Positions 10,172-18,798 of a DNA stretch of 37,579 nucleotides are shown here, one piece after another (the first letter of the stretch is position 1; the number at the start of each line of letters is the position of its first letter). Source of the DNA: Gemmatimonadota bacterium. GTDB taxonomy: Bacteria > Gemmatimonadota > Gemmatimonadetes > Gemmatimonadales > GWC2-71-9. The position numbers and the translations under genes were made by a program. The DNA lies in contig JAZDCY010000030.1 in the NCBI GenBank assembly GCA_036679645.1, positions 1 through 37,579 of the forward strand, read 5' to 3'. The notes under the pieces were generated by a model. The model made no database searches. It was not told the DNA's origin and saw nothing but the letters and a program-made list of their open reading frames with translations.

Positions 10172-10363
10172 ACCATCGGATTCTCCAGTGGACACCCAAG
10201 CTACGGTCCGCCAATGGGTTGAGCAACGGCCACCCGCCCAGCGGAGCATCTTGAAGGACGCTGGTTACACCAACTCGGCGCCGGGGGATGACACTATCCG
10301 TGCTCCCCTCGCTTTGACATCTTTCGGGGTCCATGTTTTTGGGAGTTAATTCAGGGGAGACCG

Positions 10364-10654
10364 ATGGGGTCCATTGGACTGCTTTCTAGGAATCGTGAAG
10401 CCATTTTGCGGCTCGCCGCTCAGCACGGAGCGGCGAACGTCCGAGTGTTCGGATCGGTGGCGCGGGAAGATGCGACACCGGACAGCGATGTCGATTTCCT
10501 TGTCGATATGGAAGCGGGCCGTAGTCTCCTCGATCTAGTGGGGCTATGGCAAGACCTCGAGGACCTGCTTGGCCGAAGTGTGGACGTCATTTCGGAAGGC
10601 GGCATGAGTCCCTACCTCCGGGACAAAATCATTGCTGAGGCTGTTCCCCTTTGA
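10364..10654 (+). CDS. mntA: Minimal nucleotidyltransferase (MNT) antitoxin
   Basis: VFGSVAR..DSDVDFLV (GSX10DXD); GGGGAG SD; 96 aa. Confidence 0.9.
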   Translation: MGSIGLLSRNREAILRLAAQHGAANVRVFGSVAREDATPDSDVDFLVDMEAGRSLLDLVGLWQDLEDLLGRSVDVISEGGMSPYLRDKIIAEAVPL

Positions 10655-10998
10655 AGGACGACCGCGTGTATCTCGCGCATGTACGGGATGCCATCGACCG
10701 AATCCTCGATTACACCGCAGCGGGGAAGGGTGAGTTCCTCGATGACACCAAGACCCAGGATGCGGTCGTTCGCAATCTCGAGATTCTGGGCGAAGCAGCC
10801 AAGAACGTGTCGGGCGAGTTGCGGCAAACACATGAGAACGTTCCCTGGCGCCGCCTTGCGGGTATGCGAGACAAGTTGATCCACGAGTACTTCGGTGTGA
10901 ACCTCGATATCGTCTGGCAGGTCGTCGAACGAGAATTACCTACCTTGAAGCAGCAACTGGATCAAATACTGAAAGAGCTGGAGGCACGTAACAAATAG
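10651..10998 (+). CDS. hepT: HEPN (DUF86) ribonuclease toxin, type VII TA
   Basis: AVVRNLEILGEA, MRDKLIHEY (RX4HXY); 4-nt overlap with the MNT gene. Confidence 0.9.
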   Translation: MKDDRVYLAHVRDAIDRILDYTAAGKGEFLDDTKTQDAVVRNLEILGEAAKNVSGELRQTHENVPWRRLAGMRDKLIHEYFGVNLDIVWQVVERELPTLKQQLDQILKELEARNK

Positions 10999-11052
10999 CC
11001 GACCTTGCCGACGCGTTCGCCCTCACCTGGTGCGACCGGTAGCTTCCTCTGT

Positions 11053-12495
11053 ATGCGGGAGTACCTGGTCGGCATCTCGCCGGATATCACGATCAAGAGC
11101 AAAGGCACGCGTCTCCGGTTCCAGCGTCGCCTGGCGGCGAACCTGCGCGACGCGTTGGCGACATCCGGCGTCGCGGGCGAGATCGAGGACCGCTGGAGTC
11201 GCCTTGTCGTAAGCGTTCCCGAATCAGAAGCGGCGGCCGACCGGATCACGTCGGTGTTCGGCGTGCACTCGGTATCGGAAATCGAAGCGAGAGTTCCCGC
11301 GTCGCTCGACGAGATCGTGCGTGCCGGCGAGGAGTGCTTTGGCGAACGCGTGCGCGACCGCGCCTTTGCGGTCCGTACCAAGCGAGACGGAACCGTGCCC
11401 TTCCGATCTCGCGACGTAGAGGTGCGGCTCGGAGCGGCGCTGGACAGGTACGGTCACGTAAACCTCTCCCATCCTGACATCACGGTACGCGTCGAGGTCC
11501 GGGGCGACGAGGCGTTTCTCTTTGCCAACAGGCGTGCTGGCCCGTGCGGGCTGCCGATCGGTGTCGAGGGCCGGGCGGTGTCTTTGCTGTCCGGGGGGTT
11601 CGACTCGCCCGTCGCCGCATGGATGATGCTGCGACGTGGAATCGGGTTGGACTACGTGTTCTGTAACCTGGGCGGCGAGGCATACGAGCGCTCGGTTCTG
11701 GGTGTGGTCAAGGTGCTCGCCGATCTGTGGAGCTACGGGGACCGACCCACGCTCCACGTCGTGGATTTCGCGGAGCCGGTGGCGGAGATGGAACGCACGG
11801 TGCCGCGCCGCTACTGGCAGGTTACGCTCAAGCGTCTCATGTATCGCGCCGCGGGAGCGGTGGCACAGGCCACTCGGGGGCGGTGCCAAGCGATCGTGAC
11901 GGGCGAGTCCGTGGGACAGGTATCGTCCCAAACGCTTGCCAACCTGCGCGCAATAGAGGATGTGTCGCCGCTGCCGCTGCTGCGGCCGCTGCTGGGAATG
12001 GACAAGGTCGAGATCATCAAGCGCGCGGAGCAAGTGGGAACGGCGGTCCTCAGCGCGCGCATTCGCGAGTACTGTGCGTTGGATGTCAGGAGGCCGGTAA
12101 CCGACGCGACACCTGCCTCGGCGCGCGCCGCCGAGGAGACGATGGATCTGCACGTCCTGACGCGCGCCGTGGCGAACCGGAAGGAACTCGATCTGCGTGC
12201 CCTCGAGGATGCCGATCTCGTGGCACCATATCTCTTCACGAGCGAAATTGCGGACGGATCCGTCGTGATCGACTGCCGCTCACCGGCACACTACGCTCAG
12301 TGGCACTACCGCGGTGCCGAGCGTTGGGACCCACCCGCACTCGCGGCGCGCTTCCAGACCCTCGACAAGGCAAGGCGCTACGTCCTGTACTGCAGTTTCG
12401 GCGTCCAGTCCGCCCACGTCGCCGAGTTGATGCAGGAGGCAGGGTACGAAGCGTACTCGTTCAAAGGTGGAGGGCCCGCGCTGCGGCACTCTTGA
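11053..12495 (+). CDS. thiI: tRNA 4-thiouridine synthase ThiI (THUMP + PP-loop + rhodanese)
   Basis: GLPIG, SGGFDS PP-loop, TGESVGQVSSQTL.NL, RPL.G.DK, EYC, C-terminal rhodanese LYCSFGVQS. Confidence 0.93.
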   Translation: MREYLVGISPDITIKSKGTRLRFQRRLAANLRDALATSGVAGEIEDRWSRLVVSVPESEAAADRITSVFGVHSVSEIEARVPASLDEIVRAGEECFGERVRDRAFAVRTKRDGTVPFRSRDVEVRLGAALDRYGHVNLSHPDITVRVEVRGDEAFLFANRRAGPCGLPIGVEGRAVSLLSGGFDSPVAAWMMLRRGIGLDYVFCNLGGEAYERSVLGVVKVLADLWSYGDRPTLHVVDFAEPVAEMERTVPRRYWQVTLKRLMYRAAGAVAQATRGRCQAIVTGESVGQVSSQTLANLRAIEDVSPLPLLRPLLGMDKVEIIKRAEQVGTAVLSARIREYCALDVRRPVTDATPASARAAEETMDLHVLTRAVANRKELDLRALEDADLVAPYLFTSEIADGSVVIDCRSPAHYAQWHYRGAERWDPPALAARFQTLDKARRYVLYCSFGVQSAHVAELMQEAGYEAYSFKGGGPALRHS

Positions 12496-12519
12496 AAGTC
12501 TTTCCGGTACTAGACTGAG

Positions 12520-13623
12520 ATGCTGCGATCCCGCCGTTTCGCTACGACCTCATTGCTCCTCGCGCTCACCATTCCCGCGTGCACGGGACGCGCGGAGCAG
12601 CGGGCGGCGTCCACGGATTTTGCCCAGCTCGTCACCGAGCTGTCAGAGCCCGGTGGGTACTTCGATACCGATAACCTGATCTCCAATGAGACGTCCTACC
12701 TCCATGTAATCGACCGGCTCCAAGCGTTGGGGGTGCATGGCGGGGCGTACATCGGTGTGGGACCGGATCAGAATTTCTCGTATATCGCAGCCATCCGCCC
12801 CACGATCGCGTTTCTCGTCGATGTGAGGCGAGACAACATGCTCCAGCACCTGCTTTTCAAGGCGCTGTTCGCGCTCTCGGAGACGAGGGTAGAATACATG
12901 TCGCTGCTCTTCGGACGGCCTCCCCCGTCCAACGCCGTTGGGTGGGGCGATCGTGATGTAGAGACCCTGGTACGGTACGTGGACCAGACGCCGGCGACCG
13001 CGGCATCCGCGGAGGCGGCGCGCAGCGTCGTCGACGCACAGATCCGGCAGTTCGGGATCGACCTGTCGTCGCAGGATTTCGCGACGATCGATCGATTCCA
13101 CCGCACGTTCATGGACGCCGGGTTGGGATTGCGGTTCCAGACGCACGGCCGGGCGCCGCGCTACTACTACCCCACGTATCGGGACCTTTTGCTGGAGCGC
13201 ACCCGGTCTGGTCGGCGTGCCAGCTACCTGGCGTCACGTACGGCCTATCGCGCGGTGAAGTCGCTCCAGGATCGCGGGCTCGTCATCCCGGTGGTCGGCG
13301 ATCTTGCCGGCGATCATGCAATCGCAGCCATCGGGGGGTATCTCGAGGAGCGTGGCGAAAGTGTTTCCGCTTATTACACGTCAAACGTCGAGTTCTATCT
13401 CTTCCGAAACCAGGTGTTTGACGAGTTCGTGCGGAATGTTCGCGCGCTGCCGACCAACGGGGAGAGCGTCATCATTCGCAGTGTGTTCCACGGGACCTTC
13501 GGCCCGCATCCACTAGCGGTGCCCGGGTATCACTCCACGCAGGTTCTCCAGCGTATTGCGGAAATAGCAAACGGGCGGTTCACGACGTATTGGGACATCG
13601 TGACCGCCCGTGCCATGAACTGA
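12520..13623 (+). CDS. Conserved hypothetical exported protein/lipoprotein
   Basis: Signal with IPA-C lipobox; LSEPGGYFDTDNLISNE, YIGVGPDQNFSYI, YTSNVEFYL blocks look like a conserved globular family; host-like codon usage. Confidence 0.7.
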   Translation: MLRSRRFATTSLLLALTIPACTGRAEQRAASTDFAQLVTELSEPGGYFDTDNLISNETSYLHVIDRLQALGVHGGAYIGVGPDQNFSYIAAIRPTIAFLVDVRRDNMLQHLLFKALFALSETRVEYMSLLFGRPPPSNAVGWGDRDVETLVRYVDQTPATAASAEAARSVVDAQIRQFGIDLSSQDFATIDRFHRTFMDAGLGLRFQTHGRAPRYYYPTYRDLLLERTRSGRRASYLASRTAYRAVKSLQDRGLVIPVVGDLAGDHAIAAIGGYLEERGESVSAYYTSNVEFYLFRNQVFDEFVRNVRALPTNGESVIIRSVFHGTFGPHPLAVPGYHSTQVLQRIAEIANGRFTTYWDIVTARAMN

Positions 13624-13633
13624 CCGGCGGCGG

Positions 13634-15397
13634 CTAGTTCTTGCCGCCCCGCCGGCGGGACGGTGACCGTCGCGCCGGTCTGGCCGACCGTGACTGCGGC
13701 CTGCTCGCCGGTCGCGCCGACCGCGACCGCGGCCTACTTGCCGGACGTGCAGACCGCGACGGTGGCCTACTTGCCGGACGTGCCGACCGCGACGGTGGTC
13801 TGCTCGCGGGCCGTGCCGACCGGGCCGGCTGCCGATTGCTGGGCCGCGCCGACCGCGTGGTCGATGGCCTGTTCGACGTACGCGCGGAGCGTGAGGTCGA
13901 GCGACGCGGTGATGCACTGCGTGTGGCGGACGGCGAACGCGATGCTCCCGTACTCCTGCGCGTGGGACTGGCGCCGCGGCTCCCACCCGCTGCCGGCCGC
14001 AGACCGCGTGACGTACCGGAACGTGTCGTGCGTCGCGCGGAGGTACCGCTCCGGTTCTGCGGTTGGCTACGAGTCGCAGGCGTCGGCGAGCGCTCGACGG
14101 GTGCCACCGGGAATGAGCGCGGGGTCCCTATGCGCTCCGCTGGCGTGCCGTCGCGGCGGCGTCCGCCAGAAGGCGTTCCGGTATTGGCGCGCCGCGTTGG
14201 CTGGGCTGCCTCGGCGGGCCGGTCGCGCTCTCCGCCAATCAAGGGTGTCCGAGTAGGCGGCGACAACTCGCGGGGAGCCAGGCGCCGGCTCTCACCTGCC
14301 GTTCCACGTGACCGATCGGCGGAGCGTCGCGTGGGTGCCTGAATGCGCCGGGCCGGTGTTGATCGATCGACCGCGGCGGACCGGCGTGTCGGTGTCCGGG
14401 CGGCTGGTGTGGCGCGGCGAGTGGTCGTGGTCGACGCGCTCCTGCGAGTAGCAGGTCCGGTTCGAGTTGCGATACCGGAAGTAGTAGCAACACTGCGGCG
14501 ACGTGGACGCACGACCTCCGGCCGAATACCCCAACGGTCGCCGTTGGACTTGAAGGCATACCGCCGCGATCCAATCGACCGTGAGCCGCCGGCTACAAAG
14601 ACACCGCGCGGTGACGCCCGATGCGGCGCCGACCAGTACACAAATCGCGAACCGTAGCCGTAGAAAAACGGGTCGTAATAAAATGGGTCGTAGTAGAACG
14701 GGTCGTAGTACGTGTAGGCGCCCCGGTAGTGGTGCCGGTAGCCGAAGTAGTACGGATCGTAGTAGCCGCTATAGCCGAAGTACGAGAACGGCCCGAACCC
14801 CAGGTACAGGTTGAACCCGCTCCGGTAGTATGGGTCGTGATAGTACAGCGACGGCTGGTAGCTGTCCGTGTACGCGACATCGTAGCCGACATCGTACTCG
14901 TACACGTCGTAGTCAAACCGGCCCATCACCGCCAACCGGGTGACGAAGCTCGTCAGGTCGGCTTCCGCATCGTCACTCGAAATCCACTCGGGGAGTGTGT
15001 AGTCCCAGTGGTCACCGAGCATGAGAGGGTCGAACACGAACGGGTCGGGTGAAAACGCGGCGTAAATCGCACCGCGTCCCGCCGATTGGTAGACCGTAAA
15101 GGCGTGCCGGTCGCCGCGGCCGCGGATCTCGTACTCGCGGTCGCCGCGCACAAAGTGATCGTCGGCCGGGTCGAGCGGGAACAGCACGCGGACCCGTCCC
15201 TCGGGGTCGGTGTGCAGCACGACCAGGTATCCGTCTGTCTCGGTGCGGACATACACACGCAGCCGGTCGCGCCGCTCGATGTTGCGGCTCTTGTTCAGCC
15301 ACACTCTGACGGGAGGGTCCGCATCCTGGATAACGGGTGCGGCGAGCGTTGTCTCCGTGCCGGAGACTGCGAGTGATAGCAGGACCGCTGTCAACAT
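13634..15397 (-). CDS. DUF4384-domain exported protein with a Tyr-rich segment and a long Arg/Ser/Pro-rich disordered tail
   Basis: GGAGG SD; signal peptide; VRVW..GYLVVL...GRVRVLFP (DUF4384-like); YYDPF repeats; RSARPASRPPS repeats. Confidence 0.75.
   Translation of the reverse strand: MLTAVLLSLAVSGTETTLAAPVIQDADPPVRVWLNKSRNIERRDRLRVYVRTETDGYLVVLHTDPEGRVRVLFPLDPADDHFVRGDREYEIRGRGDRHAFTVYQSAGRGAIYAAFSPDPFVFDPLMLGDHWDYTLPEWISSDDAEADLTSFVTRLAVMGRFDYDVYEYDVGYDVAYTDSYQPSLYYHDPYYRSGFNLYLGFGPFSYFGYSGYYDPYYFGYRHHYRGAYTYYDPFYYDPFYYDPFFYGYGSRFVYWSAPHRASPRGVFVAGGSRSIGSRRYAFKSNGDRWGIRPEVVRPRRRSVATTSGIATRTGPATRRSASTTTTRRATPAARTPTRRSAAVDRSTPARRIQAPTRRSADRSRGTAGESRRLAPRELSPPTRTPLIGGERDRPAEAAQPTRRANTGTPSGGRRRDGTPAERIGTPRSFPVAPVERSPTPATRSQPQNRSGTSARRTTRSGTSRGLRPAAGGSRGASPTRRSTGASRSPSATRSASPRRSTSRSARTSNRPSTTRSARPSNRQPARSARPASRPPSRSARPASRPPSRSARPASRPRSRSARPASRPQSRSARPARRSPSRRRGGKN
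13660..13870 (-). repeat. About six degenerate 33-bp coding repeats (RSARPASRP.S)
   Basis: Visible in both DNA and translation of the DUF4384 protein C-terminus. Confidence 0.8.
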
Positions 15398-15508
15398 GAG
15401 TACCTCCGCGTTCCGGGTCAGCGCCGAACCACTGAGCGCGCCGGGCTGCTTCCAAAGTCTACTTGTGCTATTAGGGAGAGCAAGACAACCATCCCGTGAG
15501 TTTCCAAC

Positions 15509-15523
15509 GCGAGATGTGTGCCA
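15509..15523 (-). promoter_or_regulatory. Putative sigma54 -24/-12 promoter for the DUF4384 gene
   Basis: Minus strand TGGCACACATCTCGC (GG-N10-GC); IHF-like CAACATGTTA just upstream. Confidence 0.55.
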
Positions 15524-15650
15524 CCGCTAACATGTTGTGATGTCATTACTTATGTGGACGTCGGGACTCGATTCTGTCCCCTTTTGGTGACGACAGGCGT
15601 GACATAGGCCACTCCCCGCCCGGCGGTACCGCGCTTAGGTAGTCGGTCAA

Positions 15651-15834
15651 CTGAGCGTCTGAGCGTCTGAGCACCTGAGCGTCTGAGCACCTGAGCACCT
15701 GAGCGTCTGAGCGTCTGCGCACCTGAGCACCTGAGCGTCTGTGCGTCTGAGCACCTGAGCACCTGAGCGTCTGAGCACCTGAGCACCTGAGCACCTGAGC
15801 ACCTGAGCGTCTGTGCACCTGAGCGTCTGTGCGT
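15651..15834. repeat. Tandem array of 23 x 8-bp units CTG[A/T/C]GC[GT/AC]
   Basis: Parsed unit by unit: 11 units end in GT, 12 in AC; no indels. Confidence 0.97.
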
Positions 15835-15845
15835 CTAGCTGTCCC

Positions 15846-16919
15846 CTATCTCCCAATCGTATACGTCAGCGTGGTCGTGAGCAGCCAGTCATGCTTGCGG
15901 ATGTCGTCGGATGTAGGGCGGTTGTTGACCTCGTTGCGCGAGGCAACGCGGAATCCGAGGCCGGCGATGAGTGACGTTGTGACGCTGGCCTCTGAGATGA
16001 AGCGAAAGTCTCTCAGATCTTTGACCGCCGGTGCCCAATCGACCGTCCACGCGAGTATGGCAGGGCCCAATGCCTGCCGCAGCCCGGTTCCCGCCGCGAT
16101 GATCGCCCTCGATTCGGTGGGAGTGGCCGAGGTGAACACCTCGCGTCGGACCCCGCCGGATGAGTAAAAGCGGAGATCGGTCTGATCGGTCGAGAGAATC
16201 TGCACTCCGAATCCGGCGTTGTAGTTCGAGCGAAGGTCGATGTCCTGGAACTCATCTCGTTCCTGGGTGGTCGATGCGAAAGTGAACAGGCGAGGACCGA
16301 AGAACACGTCGGCGCGGGCCGACCCATAGTACTTCTCGACGGTCGTGGCGAGCGGGCTGTTCGCATCAACGGCGGATTCCTCCCGCGCGACCCCGAGCTT
16401 GAAGCTCAATCGGTCTCTTGGGGTCTGCCGGCCGAACTCGAGTTCCGCGGACAGCCCGCGGTTCCGGCTGTTCCCCGTCTTGTTTGAGAAGCCCGCACTC
16501 GCGGTTGCGCTCCAGAAACGTTGGAACGGAGAGAAGAGGCCGATTTGCAGTGGTACGAGCGCGTCGAGTGCGTCCGGGTCCCCGACGGCGGCGAGGTCTG
16601 TCGGAGAGACTGTGCGCGTCGTGCCGTCGGCCGCGGCCAGCTGTAGCCGATTCCCGGCCGTCGTGACGGTCGCCGCCAAGATGGTCCCGTCGGCGAGACG
16701 AATCCCGATGGGCCCGCCACTGGCGAACGAAGCCACCTCCGTCGCAGCGATCTTGAGCTGGCCTCCGCCCCCTGCGTGCACGAACACCCAGGTCCCGCCG
16801 TCGATGGCTGAAAGGGAACCGGTGAGGCGGTCCCCGCTCCGCAGGACCAACGTCTGTTGCGCGTCAGCGGTCGAAGTGGCGAGGACCAGTGCGAGGCACA
16901 GCAGCGCGATAGCTCGCAT
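15846..16919 (-). CDS. DUF481 (YdiY-like) outer-membrane beta-barrel protein
   Basis: Signal peptide; LRSGDRLTG N-domain; GFSNKTGNS, ERDEFQDIDLR, terminal LTTTLTY strand. Confidence 0.8.
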   Translation of the reverse strand: MRAIALLCLALVLATSTADAQQTLVLRSGDRLTGSLSAIDGGTWVFVHAGGGGQLKIAATEVASFASGGPIGIRLADGTILAATVTTAGNRLQLAAADGTTRTVSPTDLAAVGDPDALDALVPLQIGLFSPFQRFWSATASAGFSNKTGNSRNRGLSAELEFGRQTPRDRLSFKLGVAREESAVDANSPLATTVEKYYGSARADVFFGPRLFTFASTTQERDEFQDIDLRSNYNAGFGVQILSTDQTDLRFYSSGGVRREVFTSATPTESRAIIAAGTGLRQALGPAILAWTVDWAPAVKDLRDFRFISEASVTTSLIAGLGFRVASRNEVNNRPTSDDIRKHDWLLTTTLTYTIGR

Positions 16920-17021
16920 GGAGAATCCTATGTTCGTGGCGAGTGTGGCCGAAATCTGATCAGTGCAACTCGTTTTTCAACCCGCGCCCGGAGTTTCCCC
17001 AGCGCTACATCCCAGGCTTCG

Positions 17022-18795
17022 CTAGAAGTGGAACCCGTAGCCGAAGAAGACGGTCTGCATCTGGACGAGCGAAACGACCCCGATTGCCAAACCACCTACA
17101 ATGAGCGTGAACGGCACGTACACCGCCACTCGGGCCAGGGGGTGATCCCATCCCAAGCGATGCAACGCCGGCAACAGCAGGAACGCCATTGCCAGTCCGA
17201 ACGTCGCGGGCTGGAAGAACAGCAGCGCTGTTACCGCAAAGGTAAGTCCGGTGGCGACCTCGAACGCCTGGACGAGCGTTTGGTCCGGGTGGAGCCGTCC
17301 CAATGCTCCCTTGAGGGTCCATTGGCCGCGCCCGCCGGTCTCCGAGGTCGCGCGTTTGTCGCCGGTCACGAGGAATGTCGCGCGCCGGGTTATCAGATAC
17401 GACAGCACCCCGAGAAACGAGAGGGGCCCCAGCGACGCATAGAGCGTGGTGCTCTTGGCGAGAAAGCGCCAGAGACGAAGTGGATGTGCCGCGAGATCGA
17501 CGAGGAAGACCAGCACCGGTGCGGCAAAGGTGAGCAATGTGATTGCCAGAAAATCGGTCGAGTAGATCCGGTTGAACCCGGCGTCGAGGCCCCACCCGGG
17601 AAACACCAACTCCGCCGATCCGACGGCCAGCGTAATGGGCTTGCTCGTCCCGTACAGCCACCCGAGGACGAGATTCGCGTCCACGAGGTAGAGGAACCAG
17701 AACAGGGAGAGCGGGAGTCCCAGCGTGGGGAAGAGAATATCCAATTTCTCCGTCCACGAGATGCGCTTGCTCCTGATCAGTCGCGCTCCCTCCTTCAGCA
17801 GAAACTCGCTCGTTCCCCGCGTCCACTTCATGTGACGGACGCGGAAGGCTCGGACCGACTCGGGAAAATCCTCGAAGCAGACGACGTCTTCCGCGAAGTA
17901 ACCGCGCCATCCGTGCTCGCGCAGGCGCATCGCAAAGGCGAGATCTTCGCTCACGAGGTGAGGAAATCCGCCCACGTCGCGCCACGCCTTGCGGCGGACC
18001 AGCGCTCCGTGACCGAGTAGCATGACAAAACCGTACCGGTTGCGAAGTGGTTGGTACCAACGCCAGTGGATATCAATCCCGATGCCGAGCCCGCGAGACG
18101 GGATCCCCCCAGATCCGCGGCACCAGCCGCGTGAGAAAATCGGGCGGGAGGATCTCGTCGGCATCGACCAGCGCGAAGAGTGGCTCGCGACACACGTGGG
18201 TGAGCGCGTGGTTGAGGTTGCCCGCCTTGAACCCCTTCCGATCAGACCGGCGGACCACAGTTACCTGGTCGGCGTGTCGCGCGGCGAATGCATCGACCTG
18301 GAGCATCGACTCCGGATCGGTGCTGTCGTCGAGAATGTAGACGCGGAAGCTGGGGTAGTCCTGCCGCAGGCACGACGCGACGCTGCGCTCGACGAAGTCG
18401 TTGTATGTGGTGTACAGCAGTGCGACCGATGGTGCCGGACTTGGCATTGGCGGTTGGGCGTGGGGCGCTCGCGTCCATCGATACACGATCGCGGTCGCAA
18501 ACACACCAATGTTGTAGAAGGCGTAGAGCCAAGCGATCTCGATGAACACGATGAAGAACAGCAATGCGGTCCACGAGAACGGGGAAGTGGCCATGTCGAG
18601 CAGCGAGGCCAGGCGCGGATGAAACCACAGCAGCGCCGCCACCCACGCCATGCCGATGCCGAGATACATGTGTGCGCGCGGTGCGCTCACGAGTTGGTGT
18701 GACTGAATCCAGCCACGCGCCGGTGGGCGGGCGCCGGCCGCCGGAGCAGTTACGAGACCGATCGGCTGGGGGCTGACGATTGGCGGGGCGGACAT
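17022..18795 (-). pseudogene. Processive membrane GT2 (cellulose-synthase-like) polysaccharide synthase, split by a short deletion/frameshift near 18100
   Basis: ORF 18073-18795: TM, LDDS, FKAGNLN, VDADE. ORF 17022-18164: GHGAL, VSEDL, RHMKW (QxxRW position), FLVTG, multiple TMs. The FVQ-containing segment is absent at the junction. Confidence 0.8.
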
Positions 18796-18798
18796 GGG

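Noticed and set aside
10314..10345. TTGACA upstream of the MNT gene as a sigma70 promoter
   Set aside because: No acceptable -10 hexamer at 16-18 nt spacing.
15599..15608. GTGACATAGG 10-mer shared with 20184-20193 near both sigma54-like promoters
   Set aside because: Opposite orientation and different distance relative to the promoters; a single 10-bp match may be chance.
15651..15834. Octamer arrays as CRISPR
   Set aside because: No unique spacers, the unit is only 8 bp, and no cas genes are present.
15546..15856. ORFs with RCSGAQTL-type repeats, and the 74-aa N-terminal extension of ORF 30412-31179
   Set aside because: They are translations of the 8-bp arrays (all three minus frames give the same peptide), with no SD; the phosphatase has its own SD and ATG at 30957.
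16857..18020. 387-aa plus-strand ORF and other long antisense ORFs (13641-14342, 24493-25443, 36678-37559)
   Set aside because: Shadow ORFs opposite well-supported genes in high-GC DNA; no recognisable motifs.
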